Assembly (NCBI RefSeq): GCF_001194135.2
Contig: NC_068983.1
Span: 14,367,701 to 14,431,700 of the forward strand
DNA length: 64,000 nt
Direction of reading: 5' to 3'
Origin: Octopus bimaculoides
Lineage: Eukaryota
In this document: piece after piece, positions 26,200 through 37,678 of the stretch
Layout of the letters: each line of letters begins with the position of its first letter
Position numbering within the stretch: the first letter of the stretch is position 1
Notes under the pieces: model-generated
Databases searched by the model: none
What the model was told of the DNA's origin: nothing
What the model saw: the letters and a program-made list of their open reading frames with translations, nothing else
Made by a program: the position numbers and the translations under genes

Positions 26200-27594
26200 T
26201 GACACCGATTAATAAATTAAGAAAATATATGTCTCCGTCTAAAACTATAGTAAGGCTTCATTACATTTCATGTATGTAGTTGGGTCATTTCAAACTAAGA
26301 ATCATTGTCAAACTTTCTAACATGTTAAAATGAAGGCATTAAACCTTCCATAATACTGTTATGCTGTAAATTCTAAAAGACAAGCGTAATTATTGGACTC
26401 ATTTCCACGTTTCGATGGAAGCACATTGCTCAAATTTCCTGTTACACAAACTGAAAAGACTGCAAGGTTTAATTCTTAAACTATTCTATCATACCACAAC
26501 TATCTGAATAATATCGGGTAGCAGTGAGTGTGACTCCTTCAGATATTGTTGGATAATTCGTCGAACAAAACCGAGCAAATGAAGTTACAACTTCATTAAA
26601 AACCTATATTTTGTTTATTTCCGACCTTAATTATAAAACTCTGCAGTGGAAATAGCCTTGAGAATATTTCATGAACAAATTAATCTTCTCTCCAATGAGC
26701 TACTCCATTCCCTATTGTTTTCGGATGGCTGAAATATTCCTCCTCCTTGCCTAAAGGACGAAATACATAATTAAATATCAACGAAGAGAGATAGTCTGAT
26801 TGTTAAATTTCAGTGAAATGACAATGTACTGGTAAAAGAGAAATGTTAGTTTGATAGTTAAATAACAATAAAGACGCTTCTATATAAAAGTGGCTAACAA
26901 ATTTGGCTGTTCAATGGGAAAAGGAAATAGATAAGGCGAGGCGATTCTTGTGGCAAATAGTGCAGAGAAATCTATTAGTTAAAGTTATACACAATATATA
27001 ATCAAAATAATTTGGCTTCTATTATTTGTTCTTTTTCTGTTGTTGTTGTGTTAGGTGTGCTGATTTAATCAACCCATTTTAGATTTAGCACTTGAACAAC
27101 TGTTGACTAAATTTTCCCCATTTATTTGTTCCTTTGATTTGGGCACTAAACGTAATCTTCATTCACGTGGAGATGTCATAAGTAAAGCAACAGCATACAT
27201 TTTTTAAAATTGTTTTACTCATTGGAAGAAGAGTAAAGCCCACGAGCTTTTGTAAAGCAGTAGACACATGTAGAAATGTTAAGAAGAGAGACAGAATCCC
27301 CTACATCAGTAACTGAATAAGAAAGAAACACGTCAATATATTGAAAACACTTAAGATACTTTTGCTTGCATGAGAAAAGAAAGCATTAACGCACAAAAGC
27401 AGAGAAGTGATGTTCCCCGGGGTTTTACAAAGTGGCAGCATCAGTAGAGTGTTTGACAAAGGAATGTCTTCTTCGGCATTAAATTACATTTATTTCAATT
27501 CCTATGTTCACAGCCGAGGGTTGAATTTACTTTACACCTTCTGAGGTAAATCCAATACACGGGTGGTTGATATGATGGATTATAGTCCATACCA

Positions 27595-27693
27595 CAGGTG
27601 TGGCAGTGTGGTAAGAAGCTTGCTTGCGAACCACATGGCTTCGGGTTAACTCCCACTTTGTTGCACATTGGGTAAGTGTTTTCTACTATAACC
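27595..27693 (+). mobile_element. SINE family A 5' fragment
   Basis: ggtgtggcagtgtggtaagaagcttgcttgcgaaccacatggcttcgggtt...gggtaagtgttttctactataacct. Confidence 0.8.
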
Positions 27694-27881
27694 TACTCGA
27701 CACGTTGGGTAAAACTTTTCCTTGTATATATTTCGCCATTTACAAAGATGATGCTCTAGCTTTAACCACAAACACCAATGGACCTGCACAAGATTGGTTT
27801 AGGAAGGACATTATCCAAATCATGAAAACATTCGATCTTAGCATAATAATAGATACCAACCTGACGGTTGTCAATTTCCTG
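27694..27881 (+). mobile_element. Penelope-like RT fragment (YxDD motif)
   Basis: FAIYKDDALALTTNTNGPAQDWFRKDIIQIMKTFDLSIIIDTNLTVVNFL, with YKDD at 27741; fits the PLE pattern GLYRDDGL..GP..KK.I...F...L.ITI..NL..VNFLD. Confidence 0.8.
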
Positions 27882-27958
27882 CCAATCGAGGGTTGTCGAT
27901 CGACTGTCAATTTCATAATTTTTACGTAAATTGTTGTTAACATTTAGTCAGAAGGAAA

Positions 27959-28049
27959 GGCAATACTCATAACTCTTTATTGTGGTTTCGAGACTGGCCA
28001 GTTGGAGGTAAGGCGGAAGAGATCATCAAATCAGGGACCGTTTTATACT
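27959..28049 (-). mobile_element. 91-bp insertion between 16-bp direct repeats (5'-truncated LINE 3' end?)
   Basis: tttagtcagaaggaaa at 27943-27958 and 28050-28065; minus strand ends ggccagtctcgaaaccacAATAAAgag. Confidence 0.55.
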
Positions 28050-28515
28050 TTTAGTCAGAAGGAAATGTAATGCACAGAACCCTATACAGAGCCACCTGGT
28101 GGGGAACCCTGTATAGTGGGCCCTTTGTGGAAGCCCTGTGTAGGGTTATGGTACCTGGTGGGCGGGACAGAAGAAAATATCCTCAAACCGGAAACCATGC
28201 TTCCAACAGAGTAAAGTAGGGGGTGGGGTGGGTGCTGTGGGTGTTGTGGGTGTTGTGGGTGGGGTAGGTTACGGACGAATGCTTGCATCAGAGTTAGTGT
28301 TAGTATTTAACTGGGTTAAGTCTACCAATTTATAGGCCGTGATGAAATTTGAATTCAGAACGCAAAACTACCGGAAGAAATACCTCAAGGCATTCGGTTT
28401 GACTGTTTTGCAATTCCACAATCACATTCGCAATGATGGTGCGCATGCGTATGTATTTTTGGCAATTTGGGCAGGTCAGATGTCCTTTATCTCCTGTCCA
28501 AGCAGGATCTGATAC

Positions 28516-28611
28516 CCTCCTGCTTCCTTCTGTTCAGTCCAGCGAAGTACAGTCTTCGGGAGAACGATTTGATAATTCTTCAACAGACAGCCAACGTGAA
28601 CTTCGACAGAC
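28516..28611 (-). CDS. Candidate 96-bp internal exon (unidentified peptide SVEVHVGCLLKNYQIVLPKTVLRWTEQKEAG)
   Basis: Strong acceptor ttttttataattttgctatttgttag|G, donor AGG|gtatca, length divisible by 3, open phase-2 frame, locally raised GC; no homology recognised. Confidence 0.3.
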
Positions 28612-29149
28612 CTAACAAATAGCAAAATTATAAAAAAATATAATACAAGGTAAGATTCAGTGATACAGAAATGTACGTATGAGATATTGACATACTGTAA
28701 ATATCGGTTCTCGTCTAACCATCGGAGTTAATCCTTTTGCCTATCCAAAGCGTTTTGATAACTTCGTCCTAAACGTCCAAGGTTGATTTCATTCGTTTAA
28801 ATAACCCTTGTTTCAAACGCTTTTAGTAATATAAAGCTTTCCCCTCATAAGTCTCACATTCCTCTGGTGATTGACAAAAATTAGCAATGTTTATCATACA
28901 TAATGCACAGACGCCAGGGAAATATATCCTATGTGTCACATGATACCAAATACTGGTGAGTTAAGAAAGGAAGCCTCTATATGGTCTCTGAACCTGCTCG
29001 AAACAGAAGCAACATCACTCAAATAACAAGCGAAATTATACAAAAGGGAAAAGACAAACCGGTAATACAATGTTAGAAAATTTATGCGGCAAAAATATTG
29101 CAGTGTCTAGGGTAAAACATCTTTGATTAGACTTAATGGGAACTAAGCG

Positions 29150-29202
29150 CCACCACAGCTACTACAACCACAACGACGACGACGAGGATGACGATGACCA
29201 CC

Positions 29203-29234
<32 letters not shown>

Positions 29235-29275
29235 CAGCAACACTATGAAAAACGGCAGGAGCAGCAACATCAACA
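29150..29275. repeat. Compound trinucleotide microsatellite (GAC/CAC/CAA)
   Basis: Directly visible. Confidence 0.9.
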
Positions 29276-29752
29276 ACTTCGAATATTGAAACACTCTCAA
29301 CTGAAAGTTAGAAAAAAATATAATTTTCTGTTGTTTTCTCTTTCCACTCAAAGGATTATAATTTGTATTGTATGTTTTCCTTCTTACAAAAAAAAAATCA
29401 GAAAAGAATACTATTTTCTAATCTAATCTTGTCTTGTCAAGATTGTTGTCTATTCAGCATTTTTTATTGCGTTTTAGCTGAGTTCAGCATAAAGAACCTC
29501 TGACTATTAGAAAAGTTGATATTTGAAAGAGCATTCATGCTTACTTGGAGGGGACAAGCAAGAAATACTTGCTGCATAATGGGATTAGAAGCGCTGTGAA
29601 TCAAATTTATCAACATAAAGACGGCTATTTCATTTTAAATAGAAATTTATTCAAACACACACAACCCCCACGAATATACACAAGCAGACATCGGCATACA
29701 CGCATGCAAGCACGCACTTATACATACGCAAATAAAAGCATACAGATATCTC

Positions 29753-29797
<45 letters not shown>

Positions 29798-30496
29798 CCA
29801 TTACAGCAAAGACTATGACTCAATGCGATTTTATATGTAGAGTAATGTAATTTATCATATAAACAGCGGTAGACATTTATATGTTCCAAATCTATTACTT
29901 ACATACACAGACATACATACACAGACACAGACGCACACTCACACACACATGTGCACGCACGCACGTACACATATGCCTTGTAGCATTCATTGATGGCATC
30001 TTCTTTTTCTTTGTGAGTGTAAAAGCCGATCGCTCTTAATACATACTTGCGGCGAAATTCGTACGGCACAAATAGTTGTATCACTAATATAATTTGTTAG
30101 ATAAGATTCTTATAAAATAGGTATTACGTTTCGTCTAGGGTGGGGGATATTTGCTTTGTAAGAGTAAATTTTATCAAATAAAATAGTGTATTTACTATAC
30201 AATTGTACCTGGTGGTACGTTTTCTTCTCACCAAATATCACTACGTACTTATGCACGTAAGTATGTGAGAATACGTACATAAATATTTCGGAAGTAAATA
30301 GACGGCCCTCATTATGACCTTTTACCAGTTCGGACAGTACTCATTAGTATGATGAAGAAACGAAATAAATCATTGAAAAGTGAATAAGGCATGTCTTCTA
30401 AATACTATATTACGTATTTAAATGCATCAAATTACAATATTTTATTTCTACTAAAAATCTTTCAAAATGATTATGTCTATTTACATTTGAGGTGTC

Positions 30497-30551
<55 letters not shown>

Positions 30552-30670
30552 GTTTGTCTGTCTGTCTTTCTGTCTGTCTGTCTGTCTGTCAGTCAATATA
30601 TCTGCCTTTCTGTCTGTCTAACTATCTGCCTTTCTGTCTGTGTTTCTGTCTGTCTATCAGTCTGTCTGTG
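30497..30670. repeat. (TCTA)n/(TCTG)n microsatellite
   Basis: Directly visible. Confidence 0.95.
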
Positions 30671-30694
30671 TGTCTTAAATTAGAATGACATTAA

Positions 30695-31085
30695 TAGTGA
30701 CTTCGAAGATTCGGCCAGTTAAGCCATCATCGCACTTAATGCACGTCTGCTGAGTAAAAAGCAGCTTCCTCTACTTAGCTACTTCCTTTCTGTGAACCAC
30801 TAAAAAGCAATCCCAAGAGCTGAAGCTGACACCCCTACATATACACACCTGCTCTACATCCATGAATAAATTTCGAACATAACCCTAAATTTAATCAATT
30901 AAGCTTTTTCCAGTGCATCTTTTCATTATAATTCACAAAAACCAAATTAATGACCGAGCTTCAATCGAACCTACATTCCCCTACCCCAAATGTTTTGTCT
31001 CAACAGAGACTGTATAAAGCCAAGATTAACTTCAATGCATCACCGTCCGATGATAGCTTACCTGGTCGAATCTTCGAAGTCACTA
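30695..31085. mobile_element. MITE-like element with ~38-bp TIRs
   Basis: tagtgacttcgaagattcggccagttaagccatcatcg (30695-30732) versus the reverse complement of 31048-31085: 3 mismatches. Confidence 0.75.
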
Positions 31086-31319
31086 AGGCGGTGAGCTGGT
31101 AGAATCGTTAGCACGCCAGGCGAAATGCTTAGCGGTATTTTGTCTGCCGCTACGTTCTCAGTTCAATTTCCGCCGAGGTCGACTTAGCCTTTCATCCTTT
31201 CGGGGGTCGATTAAATAAGTACCAGTTATGCACTGGGGTCGATGTAATCGACTTAATCCCTTTGTCTGTCCTTGTTTGTCCCCTCTATGTTTAGCCCCTT
31301 GTGGGCAATAAAGAAATAA
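31086..31319 (+). mobile_element. tRNA-derived SINE, family C, inserted in the MITE right TIR
   Basis: Head aggcggtgagctggtagaatcgttagcacgcc; central ctttcatcctttcgggggtcgattaaataagtaccag; TSD gaatcttcgaag(tc/at)acta at 31068-31085 and 31320-31337. Confidence 0.93.
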
Positions 31320-31451
31320 GAATCTTCGAAGATACTATCAATACTATTCTTGTTAGAATGATAAATTTGTATTCATCAATGGAGTTATCCTACGCGCGCG
31401 CGCACACGCACACACACACACATATTGTGATAATTTACAAAAAAACAAACA

Positions 31452-31549
31452 AAACAAAAGACGAAGACGGGTGGGTAAACAACAAACAGATGTATTAGTT
31501 TAACGCTCGAGAAGTGAGAAACTCTTTTACGTTTCGAGCCTACGCTCTT
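31452..31549 (-). repeat. HHR-like short repeat family H2, copy 1 (core 5' half lost)
   Basis: Homologous to 41100-41245; minus strand has gagcgtaggctc-GAAA-cgta-aaag; truncated by (TA)n. Confidence 0.75.
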
Positions 31550-31580
<31 letters not shown>

Positions 31581-32089
31581 ATTACATTAAAACAATGTAA
31601 AGTGTGTGCATTTTCCTTCTTTAATTTCTTATATATATATTACAACTTACCACGTGGGGATAATCGAAAGTCCTCCTTTTCTGTTACTATATATATAGTA
31701 ACAAAAAAAAAAAAACCAAACAAACAAACACACAAACACTTTTTAGAGTTTTAAAGTTTTCTTGTATGATTCTTATGGATGCCAGAAGGGGAATGTGAAA
31801 ATAAATATGTGAACGAGTTGGATAGGAGGATGTACTGAATAATTCCAGTCAGTTGAAGGGTTACCAAAACTCATGGACACTTCATGTCTTGCAGCTCTGA
31901 ATTACGCTGTGAAAATTCCTCACTCTGCTTACAAACACATACAAACAGAGTATTATGTTGATATTGCGACCATGCTGGTAAAATTATTGATATTAGTGAT
32001 AGTGGTGAGAATGCTTATAACATTATTCTTGTTGGTGGCGTTCACAATATTGTTGCTGTTAAGTTTCAAGTCAATTTTCATTGACGTAA

Positions 32090-32477
32090 TGTTGTTGTTG
32101 GCACTCCGTCGCTTACGACGTCGAAGGTTCCAGTTGATCCGATCAACGGAACAGCCTGCTCATGAAATTAACGTGCAAGTGGCCGAGCACTCCACAGACA
32201 CGTGTACCCTTAACGTAGTTCTCAGGGATATTCAGCGTGACACAGTGTGACATGGCTGGCCCTTTGAATTACAGGCCGAACAGAAACAGGAAGTAAGAGT
32301 GAGAGAAAGTTGTGGTGAAAGAGTGCAGCAGGGTTCACCATCATCGCCCGCCGGAGCCTTGTGGAGCTTTAGGTGTTTTCGCTCAATAAACATTCACAAC
32401 GCCTGGTCTGGGAATCGAAACCGCGATCCTATGATCGCGAGTCCGCTGCCCTAACCACCGGGCCATTGCGCCTCCAC
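32090..32477 (-). mobile_element. SINE family B with 13-bp TSD
   Basis: Full length; TSD ttcattgacgtaa (32077-32089) / ttcattgatgtaa (32478-32490), one CpG-type mismatch. Confidence 0.95.
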
Positions 32478-32962
32478 TTCATTGATGTAAAATCAGACAT
32501 GTCATCCAGCATTGTAAATACATGAGAGTACAACATTATGTGACGTGAACGCTTATTTTTATTTCAGACAGATACAGTTGGTTATTTTGATTATACTATA
32601 GTTCTTGCTGTTATTGATCATTGAGAAGTTACAGCGCTGGAACTCACGGTGGTCGTATTGGTTGTTCTTTGATGCTACTTGTTTTGTGTTGATGACTGAT
32701 ACAGGTAGTGGTGGAAGACACTATTTTGGTTCAGTTAACTTCTTGTTATTCCGAGTTTTATTTGCAGGCACACAGGAACTTCAGGCAAGTAGTAACAACA
32801 TGGATGTATGTAGATCCTGAATGCCTACAAGTGAAACCCATGGTAGCAAGACACTGACTTAACCAGAATTGACCTCTGCTATGACATTGTTTATCCTTTG
32901 TCCCGGCAGTTAAGAGTAAACGGACACACACTAACACACACGTACACAGACATACACACACA

Positions 32963-33180
32963 TAGTTATACATACATGTAGTTATACATACATATAGTTA
33001 TACATACATATACGCATACGCACACATTCACACACAGAGTTATACATATATATACGCATACGTACACACACACACAGAGTTACACATACATATACGCATA
33101 CGTACACACACAGTCATACATACATATACGCACACATACACACAAAGAGTTATACATGCATATGCGCATACGTACATATA
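32963..33180. repeat. Minisatellite: 16-bp unit x3 grading into an ~38-bp unit
   Basis: (tagttatacatacatR)3, then repeats of gagttatacatacatatacgcatacgtacacaca. Confidence 0.75.
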
Positions 33181-34440
33181 CGCGCGCGCACACACACTCA
33201 CACAACTATACACACACACGTACAGATAGATATTCAGTGTGACTCAAGAAAATATACACAGGCACCACACATAAATACTCTCAGTGTAGATTGCATTTGA
33301 TATTCTGTAAGTGTTTATCGTAACATATACACGAACACTTGCACACACACACACGCACACACACACACACACGCGCATACACACAGACACACACACAAAC
33401 AAACACACCCACAGACACACACACGCACCCGCGCTCACACACACACGGTGGCGCATTAATATGTATGAAGCGGACAGTATTCTTATATTCAGTTTCATTT
33501 TAGTGAATGTTACATGTTATTTTTATCCTAAAACCCTTATGTTCTTACTTTCTTTCTCTTCCTTTATTGCTCAACAACATGTATACATATACATTTATAC
33601 ATACATTATACACAAACACACATACACATACACGCATTCTCTTACACACACACACATTTATGTACACAATTACATATATATGTGTGTGTGTGTGGGCACT
33701 TATACTTGTGTATGCTCTTTTTTCATTTTCATCTCATTTATTTAATTTGTAAATTAACTTTAACGCAGGTATGGTAGTTTAATGTAGCAGGCAGCTATGT
33801 TATTTAATGCTGAATTGCTAGTTTCCTCGCGGACAAAAGCTGTTTCTGTAGAGTTACAATAACAGACTCGCTCCATTATCGACCCAGCCTTGGCGTCGTG
33901 CTGACGACCAAATTTAACTTTCTTGGATTCTGTTGCACAACGTGACTAAATTTTAGTGCTGTATTCATTTAACATTCTTGCTCAATTCTACTTCCCTACC
34001 ATTACTGACAGCCAACATCTTTAAACACAGAGATTTTTCTATTCATATAATGCTTTCGTTTTGGCAGCGTTTTACAAAGAGAACGGCAGGAAAATGAAAA
34101 TGACATAAGATTTTTGTGGCGGTAATGCTATTTGTAGGAGAATAATACCACGATAGAGTGGTTTAACATTATTAAGGTTTCTGAACAAGACAAACACTTC
34201 GCCTATAGTTTAGACATAAAATATTGTGATCAAAATAACTATTAATGGTAGCTAGGAATTACTAGTGTCCGATACGTTAGGACGCTTACTTAGAAACAGA
34301 ATGTCTGATTATCGTTTATGTTGTTGTTGTTGTTATAAACATTGTTGTTGTAGTTCTTGTTGTTTTAGCTGTTGTTTAACTGCGAGTCAGCTGACGTTAC
34401 TCATCGATTGCAATTACATTTTAAGACGCCCCGCTTATGG

Positions 34441-34615
34441 CAATTCCAAGCGTAGGCGTAGCTGACTGGTTAAGAAGCTTGCCTCTCGACCATATGGTAT
34501 TGGGTTCAGTCCCATTGTCATGGCAAGCTTGTTCGCCTAATAACTCTGAGCCGATAAAAACATTATCAGTTGATTTGGTAGATAGAAACTGAAAGAAACT
34601 GTCACTTATATACAT
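34441..34615 (+). mobile_element. Degraded SINE family A 5' half
   Basis: gcgtaggcgtagctgactggttaagaagcttgc...gggttcagtccca...gatttggtagatagaaactgaaagaa. Confidence 0.8.
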
Positions 34616-35004
34616 GTATGTGGGTGTGTATATATATATATATAATTATATATATATATATATATGAAGAACCATTTTAACGATGCGTACTGCCTTCATT
34701 CTTCGAAACGCCGGAGTTTTAATGGTGGCAGCTGATGAAGGGGATGTTTCTATGTGGCTTGCTTGTTTGTTGTACCTTGTTTACCATTTTTGTCCTTGTT
34801 CTTTTGCCACGTCATGTACCCAGTTATGTACATGTGGATGAACGTATATACATACATGTACATATATATGCATATACTCATATATTGTTTATATATANNN
34901 NNNNNNNNNNNNNNNNNNNNNNNNNNNNNNNNNNNNNNNNNNNNNNNNNNNNNNNNNNNNNNNNNNNNNNNNNNNNNNNNNNNNNNNNNNNNNNNNNNNN
35001 NNNN

Positions 35005-35059
<55 letters not shown>

Positions 35060-36804
35060 GTATATTTATATGTATATATATGTATATACATATATTTGTA
35101 TGTATGTGTGTATGTGTGTGTGAATCAAAGGTTGAACAAAAAGAATACAAGGAGAAAAGTTAGACGAAAGCAGACGAGACGAAAACTAAAAGGACGAGAA
35201 ATTAGACAACGACACGATACACGGAATATTCAAAGCTGAGGTTTTCCTGTTCAGTAAAAAATGCAAAATATCATAGCAGTTTCACGCCAATTACCTTTGA
35301 TACCGCTCAATTTTGCAGGCGCCAGTGCTTTTATTAAGCTATTGAGAAAAAGCTAGTGAATGTGTGCTAAGACAGGAACATACATGATATATAAATTCAA
35401 CAGACAACGAATTATGCATATATTGCAACAGGAAGCCTTACGGCTAGATACAAACAGATAAAAAATTATAGATATACCAGAAATACAACAGAAAGAGCTT
35501 TGCATCTGTCGAACAATCTGAGTGGAGTTGCGCAAAGCGGACGTAGAGTAAGTTCTATAGGACAGAACGGACATAGCAGGAGCCGAGACTAGCGTAACTA
35601 TTCTGGTCAAAGGTAAGTCGACAAAGAACCGCACCGGTTTTTCCGGACACTGGTCAAATGGTATGGAAGAGGAGGTGTTGAGAGAGGGAAAAACGGGTCG
35701 ACAGAGAGAGAGAACGAAGGGGCAGAGGTAGAAAGAAGGGGGAAATGGCAGAGAGCGAGCGAGAGAGAAAGAGAGAGAGAGAAAGAGAGAACAAAGGAGC
35801 AGAAAGGATATATATATATAGGTGAAGTATGACGATGGGAAGGATGACTTCCCTTTGCAAATACTGAGAGGGCACAGAAAGTGTGTCAATAGGCAGCTAG
35901 AGTAGATGTTCTCCTGGGGCTACAAGCTACAGTAGCATTCACCCTTAGTGGTTAGCCGCATTTAAGTGGCAAATATACTTCACGTTGTCGTGCAGCTGTT
36001 CACAGATTTATCTATATATATATATGCACATTTATCTCAATTGCTTTTCAACTGCTTTTATTTGATTTTGCTGCTAATTAAATTGTAGCAGAACCGGTTC
36101 ATATAGAATCAGTATCATTCTAGTGGCCGTCCTGCTTTGCAAGATGGAGACGGCAATTTTTTCTAAAAACATCCGCTAGCGACATGGCCCCATATCCCGC
36201 ATCTGTGTATGTATGTATGTATGTATGTATGTATGTTTGTATGTATGTATGAATGTGTGTATGTATGCATGTACAACGTTATTCAGTTTATTTCAAGATT
36301 TCTTGCCAACCGAAAATGAACCGGATTCTAACTTAGATCCAATGCCCTAGACGTTAATGACCAGCTCTTTTTTCCAGCTTTCGGCCCTACAATTCCAGTA
36401 AGACACCCCACGTGACCGTAACTTTATTTCGTCGATTCAGGAAAATTCAGGAATGATTTGAGCTTTAAGTATCTAAGGAGCCAGAACAAATGTCACGAGG
36501 CATATAATTCTGCAAGCAACGAGATTCACTGCTCGTTACTGTATAGTGTTTTGTGTATTTCAGTGACTGTGAGAACTAAGCCAGTGGAAGGGCGTCTCAT
36601 GTAGAACAGGTCAAAGCATAGAGTCGCAACTAATATGGGTCATTTCTCAGAGATCGAAACACATTTACATGGTGACAACAGCCCTACCTAAAAGAAAGCA
36701 AAGTTACCGAAGTTTTGATGACAATCCAAAACCGACCTGGAAGAAGAAACAGAAGAAGAGATAAGTCAGAGGCGAGAAACAGTGGAGAAGATTTGTCCGT
36801 GTTC

Positions 36805-37220
36805 CTTTACTCTTTTAATTGTTTCAGTCATTTGACTGCGGCCATGCTGTAGCACCACCAGTTGTTAAGCGGTTGATGGGGGAGGGGATAAACGCAAACA
36901 AAAAGACACACACACACACAGTTATATACGCACATACATTATATATATATATATATATATATATACATACGAGGGGTTTCAGTTTCCGTCTACCAAATCC
37001 ACTCACANNNNNNNNNNATACGCACATACATTATATATATATATATATATATATATACATACGAGGGGTTTCAGTTTCCGTCTACCAAATCCACTCACAA
37101 GGCTTTGGTCAGCCCGAGGGTATAGTAGAAGAAACTTGACCAAGTAGCCATGCAGTGGGATTGAGCCCAGAACCATGTGGTTGTGAAGCAAGCTTCTTAC
37201 CACACAGCCACGCCTGCGCC
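36805..37220 (-). mobile_element. SINE family A (internally deleted; assembly duplication across a gap)
   Basis: gtttcagtcatttgactgcggccatgctg at 36820; head ...cttcttaccacacagccacgcctgcgcc. Confidence 0.9.
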
Positions 37221-37641
37221 TAGTCTAAGTAATTCATTAAGTAATGCCTAAGTAAGTCCTAATAGTACTAACTGATTTTCACTGTCATAATTCTCTTTCT
37301 GTTTGGTACTTATGGAATATGTATAAGACTATAATAATTACGAGGGTTGATATGTCCAACTAAAATCCTTCGGAATGTGAACTTTGGTTGTCCAACCAGT
37401 GAAACAAAGAAGTGATCAAACTCTAAAAGTATAACACTGTAAAATGTCCCGGAAGACTTAAAACAAACGTCTTAAAAATAAATATTTCCACGATTCACTG
37501 TATCATGGGATCCTCTCGTATTCAATTCCTAGTAAAAACAGGCCGGATGGTCATAATTGGAATGTGGGAATGTGGTTTATTTTATATCTCCTCCATCAGA
37601 AACGATGTGTGTTAAACAAGATCTGTACGCACACACGTACA

Positions 37642-37678
<37 letters not shown>

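Noticed and set aside
28380-28611. Minus frame with in-frame TGA and GHLTCPNC...CECDCG, suggesting a selenoprotein or DUSP12/RNF180-like zinc domain
   Set aside because: Lacks the KLGSF/LGGF signature, its end runs into a decayed SINE, and no SECIS was seen.
29136-29426. Poly-D/H/Q ORF
   Set aside because: Translation of a compound trinucleotide microsatellite.
35551-35616. Possible 52-bp plus-strand exon DRTDIAGAETSVTILVK with AAG|gtaagt donor
   Set aside because: Weak acceptor, no partner exon and no recognisable homology.
36126-36162. Hairpin plus AATTTTTT resembling the U4 snRNA 3' domain
   Set aside because: The Sm site lacks its closing G, and there is no U4 5' domain or terminal stem-loop.
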